A stretch of DNA of 39,746 nucleotides from Bacteroidota bacterium (GCA_025363505.1 JANYDV010000019.1:1-39746); one strand, 5' to 3'. Positions 1 to 9,508 are shown, counted from the stretch's first letter. The notes: generated by a model from the letters alone, not told the origin. Numbers and translations are program-made.

Positions 1-1409
1 GACGCATTATCACTAATATCATCATTTACAGTAGCTAAATTATTTGCAAATAATGCACCAGAATTAGATATGCGTACTTTTTCATTTGTTGTATTACCTT
101 TTGCATTTGCTGCATTAACCATAATACGAAGTGTACCATTAAAATTACCAAAATCACCGGATTGCAAGTAGCAAGAACGCCATTCATTTGAATTTATGGC
201 TGCTGCTGGATCACTTGCGAACTCAAGTCGTGCAGGTTTAAAAGTACCACTTACACTTGACTGAATTCTTACCGTTGCCGGTTTAAAGCTACCCAGTCCT
301 AATACGGGTGTTGCGTTTACATGGAGAATTGATTTTGGCATAGTAGTCCCAATTCCAACGAAACCGTAATCATTGTTATCTCCAGCTATATTTTCTCCAG
401 CAATTATAGTCATAAGTATATTCCACGAATTATCATTGAAAAGTCCATTTGTATCACCATTTGGGTTTGTACAAGAACTAGTTGAATGACCAGCACCACT
501 AAAAGTAAATCCAAAGCATGGGTTACTTGAACCTGCTGAATATGTGGGAGTATTAGTAGTCATTGCAAATCGTAGTGCCCCACAACAACCATCTTGGAAC
601 TGGTAGGAATTATTTGCTTGACTAAATGCTCGTTCAGAAATAAATGCATTATGTAAAAATTCTGTTTGATAATCTTGACACACAGTAATTCCCCCAGAAT
701 AATTTTTATCCTGAAGCCACCCACCAGCTCCAGCCTGTGTTCCTATTCCAATTTTTTCAGTAGATGATGAAACATTTGATCGAGTGAGGCGCATATCGCC
801 ACCTGTAACATTAAATCTTGTAATAGGAGTGACCGTACCTATTCCTACATTTCCATTCGGAAGCATTGCACCAATATCCCGAGTCATTGTTGCATCACAA
901 CAATCCTCATGTCTAAAAACGAATTTTTCATCCGAGTTGTCACCCCAAACAAGATACGCATCATTAGCGTCCGTACTCCCGAGGTTTTTCATACCTAAAA
1001 ATACGGCATCAGTACTTTGACTAACTTTCAAACCATAGTAATTTGCATTATTAGGTTGCCATGATGGTGAAAGATTCGGTTTCCCGATTAACGACCATGT
1101 CGATCCTAAATCAGTGGCCCCGAATGTTCCGCTTTCTACCTGTCCAATCCTTCCTCCGGATACAATAAACAAATCATTTGGGGTTGAAGTCCCTACCCCA
1201 ACATTACCAGACGGGTCAATTCTCATACGTTCGACATTTGAAGTAATTAGTGGGAGAGGCAATGAATTTGTTGTCCCGAGAACATCACCAGATGATGAAG
1301 CATTGCCGGTTGTTAGCCATTGTGAATATGCTGCCTTAGAATGAATAGAAACTAAAACACATATAAAAAATACGAAGTGTATCCTAAAAATGACAGAATC
1401 TTTACGCAT
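1..1409 (-). CDS. Secreted GNVGIGT-repeat (tail-fibre-like/adhesin-like) protein; 3' end runs off the window
   Basis: Hand translation from ATG at 1409 (AGGAG just upstream) is open to position 1: MRKDSVIFRIHFVFFICVLVSIHSKAAYSQWLTTGN...ERMRIDPSGNVGVGTSTP...PNGNVGIGTVTP...KIGIGT...GFVGIGTTMP...EKVRISNSG. It has an N-terminal signal peptide and repeated ERMRI/GNVGIGT units. Absent from the ORF track because there is no stop in the window. Confidence 0.85.
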   Translation of the reverse strand, partial: MRKDSVIFRIHFVFFICVLVSIHSKAAYSQWLTTGNASSSGDVLGTTNSLPLPLITSNVERMRIDPSGNVGVGTSTPNDLFIVSGGRIGQVESGTFGATDLGSTWSLIGKPNLSPSWQPNNANYYGLKVSQSTDAVFLGMKNLGSTDANDAYLVWGDNSDEKFVFRHEDCCDATMTRDIGAMLPNGNVGIGTVTPITRFNVTGGDMRLTRSNVSSSTEKIGIGTQAGAGGWLQDKNYSGGITVCQDYQTEFLHNAFISERAFSQANNSYQFQDGCCGALRFAMTTNTPTYSAGSSNPCFGFTFSGAGHSTSSCTNPNGDTNGLFNDNSWNILMTIIAGENIAGDNNDYGFVGIGTTMPKSILHVNATPVLGLGSFKPATVRIQSSVSGTFKPARLEFASDPAAAINSNEWRSCYLQSGDFGNFNGTLRIMVNAANAKGNTTNEKVRISNSGALFANNLATVNDDISDNA

Positions 1410-1630
1410 AATATTCTCCTTTGAGGGAATGAATAATTTGTTTCTGTCCAAACTATTTGAACAGGTGGATTTCTATTCCAACTTCGCAAATGAGATTTGA
1501 TGTATGCTAAAAATTGTCTACTTTATCTCTTAGCTATAATGTTGACAAATGCGATTGTAAATATAAACCTTAATTAGGAATGTATTTCCTCAGCCAAAAT
1601 CCGACATCGGTTTTAAAATAATTGAATTTT

Positions 1631-2130
1631 TTAATTAGAGGCTACCCCACACCCCCGTTTTTTCGCTATTTTCATCAATTTTGTCATAGCACGTTGGTAT
1701 CTTTTCTCGATTGCTTTAGGGTTTTTCCCGCTTTGATAGGCAATTTCTATAAGTGTATATCCCTCAATCTGATTTTTCCAAATAATATCTTTTCTACTTC
1801 TGAAATCTCTTTTAGTAAAATTTGTAGTGTTTCGTACACAACAAGTTGTTCCGCATCATTATCTACTGAAGCAAAATCAACTCCATTTTCTTGAAGCATA
1901 TCGAGTGACCTTTTCCTTCGTTCTTTTTTTGATCTATTAAGCCAAAGATATTCCATGGTTTGGATAAACCAACTTCGTAAAGCAGGTTCTTCTATTTTTT
2001 CAAGTTCATCTAATTTTCCTAAGTAGATCATTGTTGCATCTTGCAGAAGATCATTTACTTGATCATTGCTAATGCTGGGGTGCTTCCTGCTAAACCAAAG
2101 CCTTGCATTTTGAATAAGTTTTTGTTTCAT
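1631..2130 (-). pseudogene. ECF-type sigma-70 factor split by a -1 frameshift (pseudogene, recoded gene or sequencing error)
   Basis: ORF 1747..2130 has region-2-like DLLQDA...LRSWF...YLWLNRSKKERR. One extra A in the A4 run at 1790-1793 continues it as EKDIIWKNQIEGYTLIEIAYQSGKNPKAIEKRYQRAMTKLMK...SN* (region-4 HTH), stop at 1631-1633, giving 166 aa. Confidence 0.8.
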
Positions 2131-2207
2131 AGGAATTTGAATCGGACTAAGTATATAAGTAAAAAACCCCTGAAAATCTATTTTGTTACATTAAATTGAT
2201 AAAAAAA

Positions 2208-3440
2208 ATGAAAAAGTTTAGATTTTTTTTTACTTCACTCACTTTAACACTATTATTTACAACAAGTTATGGGTCAATTAAAACTGGTCTCGATGTTATC
2301 TCAACATCAAAGACTTCGGTCTTGATGTCGAAACGAATAGGGTTAATTTGTAATCAGACTTCACGGACGCACGATGGGAAGTTTGGTCCGGATGTGTGTC
2401 TGAGAAAAAAGTTGAAATTGGTTGGATTGTTTTCACCCGAGCACGGATTTTCGGGCGTACGCAAAGCAGGTGCAACGAGCGATACGGCAACCACCTATAA
2501 TAACATTCCCATCTATTCGCTCTATGGCACCACGCGCAAGCCGACAAAGAAAATGCTGCGCGGAATTGATATCTTGGTCTTTGATATTCAAGACATTGGT
2601 GTCAGACCATATACATATCTTTCAACAATGATACTGGCAATGGAGGCTGCTGCGGAGGCGAAGATTGAGTTTGTGGTGCTCGATCGCCCCAATCCGCTCG
2701 GTGGCGAGCGCATCGAAGGAAATATACTTGATACGACGCTTCGATCATTCGTCGGGCAAGTTGCTATCCCCTATATTCACGGAATGACACTCGGTGAAAT
2801 TGCAAAGATGGCAGTGGGTGAGCGTTGGTTCAAGTCCGCAGCGAAGCTCAAGCTGACAGTGATTGCAATGACTGATTGGAAACGCACAATGACATGGCAT
2901 GAAACCGGACTCGATTGGACACCACCCAGCCCAAACATTCCGACATTTGAAAGTGCAGTAGGTGCGGCAATGTTTGGCGCCATTGGCGAACTTGGTGTGC
3001 TATCGGTTGGCATTGGTTCGGACACACCATTTCTCCGCCTCGGCTCACGACTTGTTTCGAGAGAGATGCTTTTTGATGCAACAAAAAAATCACTCTCTGC
3101 CGAGTTATCGGTTCGTGCAGAAGATTATACTGTACCTTATGCCGACTCACAAAAAACTTACCACGGTGTTGCACTCACACTTCCAAAAGATATTAATACA
3201 GTTAAATCACTATACCAAGCGCAATTCAAAATATTCTCTGCACTACTCAAGGATACAAATTTTTCCAAATCGTATACGGCGGTAGTGTTTTCATCGAAAC
3301 GGATGTTTGAAAAGGTTACCGGGACGACCGCTCTCTTAAAAGCCTTCCAAACCGCTTCCACCCCTGACTCCGTAATAGCATTATGGAAACAGGATGAATC
3401 TCGTTTTCGTACACTTCGCAAAAAATATTTATTGTATTAA
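2208..3440 (+). CDS. namZ: Exo-beta-N-acetylmuramidase NamZ / DUF1343 (YbbC) family, secreted
   Basis: Motifs GLICNQTS, LFSPEHGF, IYSLYG, DIQDIGVRPYTY, LDRPNP, HGMTLGE, WTPPSPNIP, plus a signal peptide. ATG 2208 preferred over TTG 2196. Confidence 0.9.
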   Translation: MKKFRFFFTSLTLTLLFTTSYGSIKTGLDVISTSKTSVLMSKRIGLICNQTSRTHDGKFGPDVCLRKKLKLVGLFSPEHGFSGVRKAGATSDTATTYNNIPIYSLYGTTRKPTKKMLRGIDILVFDIQDIGVRPYTYLSTMILAMEAAAEAKIEFVVLDRPNPLGGERIEGNILDTTLRSFVGQVAIPYIHGMTLGEIAKMAVGERWFKSAAKLKLTVIAMTDWKRTMTWHETGLDWTPPSPNIPTFESAVGAAMFGAIGELGVLSVGIGSDTPFLRLGSRLVSREMLFDATKKSLSAELSVRAEDYTVPYADSQKTYHGVALTLPKDINTVKSLYQAQFKIFSALLKDTNFSKSYTAVVFSSKRMFEKVTGTTALLKAFQTASTPDSVIALWKQDESRFRTLRKKYLLY

Positions 3441-3820
3441 TGGCAAATTCGTTTACCTATCATCCGGGCGTTTGTAATATTGATCAGCGCGGAGTTGCGA
3501 TCCGTCGCAAACTTGCATACGCGACGATCATCGGCGGCATTGTTACCTATATAGTATGCTCATATTTCGGTGTTGCTCCGATCTTCAGAGCTATTACTGA
3601 GGCTGGGTTCGGATTCGCTACTGCCCTAAATCTTTTTCAAGCAAAAGAACAATTTTGTGTAATCAATGCTTCGATGAGAACCACAGAAATGGATTTAGTA
3701 AAAACGAAAATTGTTGACGATCTCTATAAAACATTAGACCTAAAAAAACGAAATGCCATGCTGTTGAAAGCAATGGCATTTGCAATAATTATCGGGACAG
3801 TTGCGTATTTACTGCCGTAG
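3440..3820 (+). CDS. Small membrane protein of unknown function (YxPGVCNI...RR, FCV)
   Basis: Start overlaps the namZ stop (TAATG), three hydrophobic segments, two Cys. Confidence 0.75.
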   Translation: MANSFTYHPGVCNIDQRGVAIRRKLAYATIIGGIVTYIVCSYFGVAPIFRAITEAGFGFATALNLFQAKEQFCVINASMRTTEMDLVKTKIVDDLYKTLDLKKRNAMLLKAMAFAIIIGTVAYLLP

Positions 3821-3823
3821 CGA

Positions 3824-3922
3824 TTATTTCGCGAGCTTCTTCTTTTCTGCCCACACGTCCTTGAAGCAGACATATACGATGCCTACCATTGACAGCACCA
3901 TCACTAAAAAGAATATTACCAT
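3824..3922 (-). CDS. 32-aa single-TM microprotein MVIFFLVMVLSMVGIVYVCFKDVWAEKKKLAK
   Basis: ATG 3922 to TAA 3824 fills the intergenic gap, with a hydrophobic helix followed by a basic tail. Below the ORF-track cutoff. Confidence 0.55.
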   Translation of the reverse strand: MVIFFLVMVLSMVGIVYVCFKDVWAEKKKLAK

Positions 3923-3985
3923 AGTCGTAATGTAATGTTAATCATCCCAATAAACCGCAAAAGATGAGCATTAGTTTTCGTCTGG

Positions 3986-4471
3986 TTATTCTGCTTTTGG
4001 CTTTATCGGGATCCAAAGCTCTTCTTCCGATTCGGGGTCATCGTTCTTGTATTTTTCTCCGAGAATATCAAAGTGGGGTCGGGCGTCGAGTTCGTAGCTT
4101 GAGTTAGGCAGCCATTCGGTATGGATGTATTGGTAGCTTGATCCGGCGGCACTTGCGGCTCCTTTGTAATCAAAAACAACATAGAGACCGCCGACCAATA
4201 TGAAGCTTTCCATTTCGGTCGGAATTGTACCAAAATCGGTTACTTCAATAGCCGCCCATTTTTCGAACTCGGTCTTTGGGTTGAAATTACGAAAGAACAT
4301 CGGCGGATAGATTTGCACCGAGTACAAATCAGTACCGATATTATTTTGAATCTCCTTTCGACGAGGCATAAACCCACGCCAAAGATCGCGCGTAAGATTG
4401 TTCGAAAAAGACATCACCATTCTTTTCCCGATCAACTTTTTTTCAGGGAGAGTTTCGATTCGTGAATGCAT
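3986..4471 (-). CDS. Stand-alone GyrI-like small-molecule-binding domain protein (AraC effector-binding type)
   Basis: RIETLPEKKLIG...EFEKWAAIEV...GGLYVVFDYKG...YIHTEWLPNSSYELDARPHFDILGEKY...EEELWIPI. ATG 4471 avoids overlap with the upstream ORF. Confidence 0.85.
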   Translation of the reverse strand: MHSRIETLPEKKLIGKRMVMSFSNNLTRDLWRGFMPRRKEIQNNIGTDLYSVQIYPPMFFRNFNPKTEFEKWAAIEVTDFGTIPTEMESFILVGGLYVVFDYKGAASAAGSSYQYIHTEWLPNSSYELDARPHFDILGEKYKNDDPESEEELWIPIKPKAE

Positions 4472-4488
4472 ACTACTGTAAGATTTTC

Positions 4489-4707
4489 TTATCTTCGAAA
4501 AAATGCACCGCCGAAGAACGAGGCGGCAAAGAAACAGGCGACGGCGATGATGCGATATGCCCACATCCAAAATGTTACCGAGGCGCCTTTATCGCCGAGG
4601 AATGCGGCGTGGTCGCGCATATAAGTACTCTCGATATAGGCGAAGATCGAGCCACAGAGGAAAATCAGGATCAGTGCAAGTCTTGGTAACATTTGCTTCG
4701 GTCTCAT
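4489..4707 (-). CDS. 72-aa two-TM membrane protein, unknown function
   Basis: Fills the gap between photolyase and the GyrI-like gene on the same strand, with two hydrophobic segments. Confidence 0.6.
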   Translation of the reverse strand: MRPKQMLPRLALILIFLCGSIFAYIESTYMRDHAAFLGDKGASVTFWMWAYRIIAVACFFAASFFGGAFFRR

Positions 4708-4715
4708 TACGTGTT

Positions 4716-6150
4716 TTACAAGCGTTCTTTCAACGCTTCAAACATTGCTTTTGCCTTATCTCGTTGCACATAATGATCGACTATCGGAAACGGGTAGTCT
4801 TCGCCCAAAACACAACTATAGTTTGCTTGGTCGAGCGGGGTCATCAGATGAGGTTCGTGAAGAAATTTGATCGGCAGATTTTTTAGCTCAGGTACATATC
4901 GTTTAATGTATTCTCTATCGGGGTCGAAGCGTTTTGCTTGCAGATATGGATTAAAAATTCGGTAATATGGTTGTGCGTCGGTGCCGGTCGAAGCCGACCA
5001 TTGCCAGCCGCCGTTGTTTTGTGCAATATCGCCATCGGTAAGCCAGCGCATAAAATGTAATTCGCCTTCTTGCCAACTAATCAGCAAGTCTTTGGTCAGA
5101 AAACTTGCGACGATCATCCGTGCACGGTTATGCATCCAACCTGTTTCGATCAGTTCACGCATCGCCGCATCAATAATCGGCACACCCGTCTTACCTGATT
5201 TCCATGCTTCAAGAAAAATATCGTTTTGCTGCCACCGAATCCCATCATATTTTTTCTGAAATGCAGAGTATTCGACTTCTGGAAACGACATTAAAATATT
5301 ATAGTAGAACTCGCGCCAAAGCAATTCACTAAGGTAGGTGTTAGCGCCTTCGGAATAATCTACATCTTGCGAAAGCAATAATGCCTCACGGGCAAGTTTG
5401 CGAATCGAAATCGTCCCGAATCTTAAGTGTGGAGAGAGCTTTGAAGTGCCGCCACTCAAAGCAAGACCATCACGGTTGGCTTTGTAGTTTTTTATTCCCA
5501 ATTCTTTAAAGCTACCCCAGCTTTTTTGTGCTTCGATGCTTCCACCAATTTGCATTCTCTTCGGAGAATGTTGATTGTTCGAACGATGAAAGATCAGGCA
5601 GTGTATGGGTTTCAAGGGAGGCAATATTTTTTGTCGGCTTCAAATTGTTTGGACAGATCGTTTCGGCAGACTCGGCGGCAATTCTTTCCCAGACTGATTT
5701 TTTGAATGGCGTAAAAACAGTATACGGTTTCCCTTCTTTTGTTTTTACTTCGCCGCTATCGAAGAGCACGTTCTCTTTTATTTCAACGAATGCCACACCA
5801 AGCTCAGCAAGTATTTTTTTGCAATCGCGGTCGCGTTTGATTTCATGCGATTCATAATTACGGTCGATATACACTTCCGTTGCGCCAGTTTCTTTGATGA
5901 GCTTTGTAAGTTCATCGTTGACATTCCCATTACGAATGACCAGACGCGAACCAGCTTTCTCGAAGGCAGTGATTAACTCAGCGACCGATTCACTGATAAA
6001 CCCAAGTTGATTCGGAGATTGATTTGCACTAAGCACACTATCCCACAAATACAATGGTACGACTTGTTCGGACTCGTGTACTGCACGAGCGAGAACGTTG
6101 TTATCATCAAGACGAAGATTGCGACGGAGCCAAACGATAGATATACTCAT
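4716..6150 (-). pseudogene. phrB: Class I CPD DNA photolyase split by a frameshift (ORFs 5512..6150 and 4716..5624)
   Basis: N-half: IVWLRRNLRLDDN, YTVFTPF. C-half: TSKLSPHLRFGTIS, ELLWREFY, WKSGKTGVPIIDAAMREL..TGWMHNRARMIVASFLTKDL, NNGGWQW.ASTGTDAQPY.RIFNP. The frames switch in the interdomain linker (about 5540-5620). Confidence 0.88.
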
Positions 6151-6192
6151 AGAAAATAAAAAATCGCAAACGGTGAACCACCGTTTGCGATT
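6151..6192 (-). terminator. Rho-independent terminator after the 6213..7034 gene
   Basis: Perfect 14-bp stem AATCGCAAACGGTG / CACCGTTTGCGATT (6162-6192) with a T-run on the minus strand. Confidence 0.8.
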
Positions 6193-6212
6193 ACAGTGAA
6201 CTTCTATGGTAG

Positions 6213-7034
6213 TTAACGCGAAATGATCTTCAACGGATTGCCTGACGGTATGCCATTGATAAATAATCGGACAAAAAATAAGCCGTGATCATTCGTCATA
6301 AACTCGAATGAATGTAAGCCTTCATTTTGATAGCCAAGATCGGCGCGTCCGTGCTCAATGCCATTTACATCAACGATCAATAATTCAATATTTCCGCTCT
6401 GCATTAGCGAATAATCAATTATTGTCTTCCCCTCGAACGGATTGGGATAGTTTAGTCTGATGCCGGAGCGTTGTACACTTATTTGGTTTTGAGTGACACC
6501 GGTAATATCAAATGTATCCTCGACGAGTGCAACGGCATCGATCGAATAACTTTTTGCACCGTTCGAAGTGCCAAGCCCCGGAAGACTAAATTCCATATAG
6601 GAAAATTGACTGTCGGGTACTTGATAAATATTTATACCATCTTGTAAATAAAAAGGAGTTAATTCGGTTGAATATTCCAAAGCGCCGAATTGGTCAGTTT
6701 TATAGAGTGTCATTTGTCCGGCAGAGCTATCGACTTCTTTGTCCTTTCTTCCCCAAATGACAATTTTTGATTTTGGTAAGATCGGGATGAGGATCGGCTT
6801 TGCAATAATCCCGTTATGGCGCCGAAATGCAAGATCAAACAGCGGTGCGTTGCCACTGATAACAGCAAACTTATTGTCCGGCTTCCCGAGTGCATTTTCA
6901 GGCGAGCTTACACCGGAAACACCTTGTGCATAGATCGAATCTGCAAAGACCGAGTCGATCTTTAGGCTTGTTGCTGATGCAACTGAGCAACACATACTGA
7001 CGAACAGAAATGCAAAAATGTATAAACTTTTCAT
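6213..7034 (-). CDS. Secreted protein with C-terminal T9SS type A-like sorting domain
   Basis: Signal peptide, SPENALGKPD motif, and C-terminal LNYPNPF...IDYSL...G.H...GLFFVRL...LKII. Confidence 0.75.
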   Translation of the reverse strand: MKSLYIFAFLFVSMCCSVASATSLKIDSVFADSIYAQGVSGVSSPENALGKPDNKFAVISGNAPLFDLAFRRHNGIIAKPILIPILPKSKIVIWGRKDKEVDSSAGQMTLYKTDQFGALEYSTELTPFYLQDGINIYQVPDSQFSYMEFSLPGLGTSNGAKSYSIDAVALVEDTFDITGVTQNQISVQRSGIRLNYPNPFEGKTIIDYSLMQSGNIELLIVDVNGIEHGRADLGYQNEGLHSFEFMTNDHGLFFVRLFINGIPSGNPLKIISR

Positions 7035-7084
7035 AGGATTACGATTTTAGTAGTTATTGAATAACTTCACTCCTTTCCCAAAAG

Positions 7085-7597
7085 TTACAACACACCTGCG
7101 AGAATATTCTTAAAAATCTGTGAAAGTTGGCTATGTTGGCTTTGCATATCCTCGGAGACCATTTTAATATCAGCAATGGTGGGCATAAAATTGGTATCAC
7201 CATTCCAACGTGGGACGATATGCCAATGCAAATGATCTTCGATACCGGCTCCGGCGGAGCGACCGATATTCATTCCGATATTGTATCCGTGAGGTGTCGA
7301 AAGTGTCTGCAATGCTTGTTGGCTTACTTGCAGAAGATTAGTGCATTCAGCAAGCTCGGAAATACTCAGGGATGAAAAATTTGCTGTATGACGGTTAGGG
7401 ACAATCATCAAATGTCCGCTATTATACGGATACAAATTCATTATAACGAATGCTTCTGTTGAGCGATGGATCACAAGACGTTCTTCATCATTGGAGCCGG
7501 CAAGAGCCGAGCAAAAGATACAGCTGTTTTCGGTCTCGGACTTTCCTTTGAACGTGTCAATGTATTTGCTTCTCCAAGGTGAGTAGAGGCGTTCCAT
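7085..7597 (-). CDS. HIT-family hydrolase (Ap4A phosphorylase/hydrolase-like)
   Basis: LYSPWR, CIFC, NLYPYNSGHLMIVP, GMNIGRSAGAGI, histidine triad HLHWHIVPRW.GDTNFM. Confidence 0.92.
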   Translation of the reverse strand: MERLYSPWRSKYIDTFKGKSETENSCIFCSALAGSNDEERLVIHRSTEAFVIMNLYPYNSGHLMIVPNRHTANFSSLSISELAECTNLLQVSQQALQTLSTPHGYNIGMNIGRSAGAGIEDHLHWHIVPRWNGDTNFMPTIADIKMVSEDMQSQHSQLSQIFKNILAGVL

Positions 7598-7603
7598 TTC
7601 GAT

Positions 7604-8581
7604 TTATACTTTGTTTGCTGCCGCTTTGCGTTTAGCAAAGAATCGTGTGAATGTTTCGCTGCCGAAGAGCCCTTGCGGACGGGCAATCATTAACACGATC
7701 AGCATCAGCGAATAGATGATCATTCGATATTCCGAGAACTCACGGAGTGCTTCGGGCATAATAGTAAGTAATATCGCCGCAAGAATGACACCGTAGGTAG
7801 ATCCCATTCCACCGAGGATCACCATCACAACGATCTCGATTGACTTCAGGAATGTAAAATTGTCGGGCGTGATGTATTGAATAAAATGTGCGAATAATCC
7901 ACCGCCGATTCCGGCAAAAAAAGAACCGATCACGAAGGCACGAACTTTGAAACGCGTTGTATGCACCCCCATTGCTTCGGCGGCGACTTCGTCATCGCGT
8001 ACCGCAAGAAAGCCGCGACCGTAGGTCGAGTTGATCAAATTCTCGACAAAATAAATTGCAACCAGCGCAATGCCGAACACCCACAAGAACGAAGAAAGCT
8101 GTGGCACTGCAAAACCGCGTGCACCACCGACGTAGGATATACCGTCGATCTTAAAATCTACGTTCTGAATGATGACGCGGATAATCTCATTAAAGCCGAG
8201 TGTAACAATTGCAAGATAATCGCCTTTGAGACGTAAACTGGGTATGCCGACGGCGAGTCCTGTTAATGCGGCGGCAAGACCACCGACTAATAACGCAATT
8301 GCCATCACGGGTACACCGCCCATCACCTCCGTGCCTAAGCCGTGTGTCGTAAGAAAAGTGGAAGCGATAGCCGAGACATACGCCCCGACGCCCATAAATC
8401 CCGCATGACCAAGTGAGAACTGACCGGTGAAACCGTTGATCAGATTCAGGCTCGTTGCCATCGTGATGTTGATGCCAATAAAAATAATGACCGTGTAATA
8501 ATACGGATCAATTTTACCGGTTACTAGCGAAAGCCCGATGAGACCGGCGAAGATCAATGCGAATATGAGTTGTGGTCGCAT
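7604..8581 (-). CDS. livM: Branched-chain amino acid ABC transporter permease LivM
   Basis: LNLINGFTGQFSLGHAGFMGVGAY, LRLKGDYLAIVTLGF, AVRDDEVAAEAMGV, MVILGGMGS, RPQGLFG. Confidence 0.93.
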   Translation of the reverse strand: MRPQLIFALIFAGLIGLSLVTGKIDPYYYTVIIFIGINITMATSLNLINGFTGQFSLGHAGFMGVGAYVSAIASTFLTTHGLGTEVMGGVPVMAIALLVGGLAAALTGLAVGIPSLRLKGDYLAIVTLGFNEIIRVIIQNVDFKIDGISYVGGARGFAVPQLSSFLWVFGIALVAIYFVENLINSTYGRGFLAVRDDEVAAEAMGVHTTRFKVRAFVIGSFFAGIGGGLFAHFIQYITPDNFTFLKSIEIVVMVILGGMGSTYGVILAAILLTIMPEALREFSEYRMIIYSLMLIVLMIARPQGLFGSETFTRFFAKRKAAANKV

Positions 8582-9486
8582 TATACTTTTTCCACTTCGT
8601 TCTTGCCCAGAATACCGCTCGGTTTGAATATTAAGATGCCGATCAAAATCGCAAAGACGATCGCATCACGATAGGTCGAAAGAAAGGTACCTCCGATAAA
8701 CGACTCAACAATACCGATGATCATTCCACCAAGTGCCGCACCGGTAATATTTCCGATACCACCCAGCACAGCCGCTACGAATGCCTTGAGTCCGGGTAAG
8801 ATACCCATCAATGGGTCAATGCTTGGATATTGTGCTGCATAAAGCACTCCGCCGGCAGCCGCAAGCGCAGAGCCTGTCATAAACGTAAACGTAATCACTT
8901 TTGAGATATTAATACCCATCAAGCTGGCGGCTTGTTGGTTGAAACTGACCGCGCGCATTGCAGTGCCGATTTTTGTTTTCATGACGATCACTCGAAGCGC
9001 AAGCATCAATGTAAAGGAAGTGATGATCACGACAGCACCAACAACATCGATCGTTACGGCTTTTGATTTAATGAGTGCATGGTTCGAGATGATCTCAGGG
9101 AATCCACGGGGTGTAGCACCGAAGAGTAATTGTGAAAGATACTCCAAAAAAAGCGAGACTCCGATAGCAGTAATAAGTACGGTAAGCTTGGGGCGTTTGC
9201 GAAGTGGTCGGTAGGCGAGGTACTCAATCAAGGCACCAAGCAAGGCACAGATAGTCATTGACGCAACAAACACAACGATGACAGCACCAATACTACCGGT
9301 CGGCAAAATGTGCGAGACAGCATTAGCCACAAAATAACCGGAGAAAGCACCGATCATAAAAATATCACCATGAGCGAAATTAATGAATCGGAGTACACCA
9401 TAAATCATCGTATAGCCAAGCGCTATCAACGCGTAGATCGCGCCAAGCGAAATGCCATTTACCAGCTGCTGGAGTATTTCTCCCAT
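8581..9486 (-). CDS. livH: Branched-chain amino acid ABC transporter permease LivH
   Basis: NGISLGAIYALIALGYTMIYGVLRFINFAHG, GTAMRAVS, GLKAFVAAVLGGIG, KPSGILG. Confidence 0.94.
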   Translation of the reverse strand: MGEILQQLVNGISLGAIYALIALGYTMIYGVLRFINFAHGDIFMIGAFSGYFVANAVSHILPTGSIGAVIVVFVASMTICALLGALIEYLAYRPLRKRPKLTVLITAIGVSLFLEYLSQLLFGATPRGFPEIISNHALIKSKAVTIDVVGAVVIITSFTLMLALRVIVMKTKIGTAMRAVSFNQQAASLMGINISKVITFTFMTGSALAAAGGVLYAAQYPSIDPLMGILPGLKAFVAAVLGGIGNITGAALGGMIIGIVESFIGGTFLSTYRDAIVFAILIGILIFKPSGILGKNEVEKV

Positions 9487-9508
9487 GTATTACACAAAAT
9501 ATTACTAA

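Noticed and set aside
1-1409. Prophage tail gene
   Set aside because: It has a signal peptide, and there are no phage structural, integrase or lysis genes in the window.
784-1894. Plus-strand ORFs 784..1020, 1114..1344 and 1622..1894
   Set aside because: Antisense to the minus-strand repeat protein and the sigma factor.
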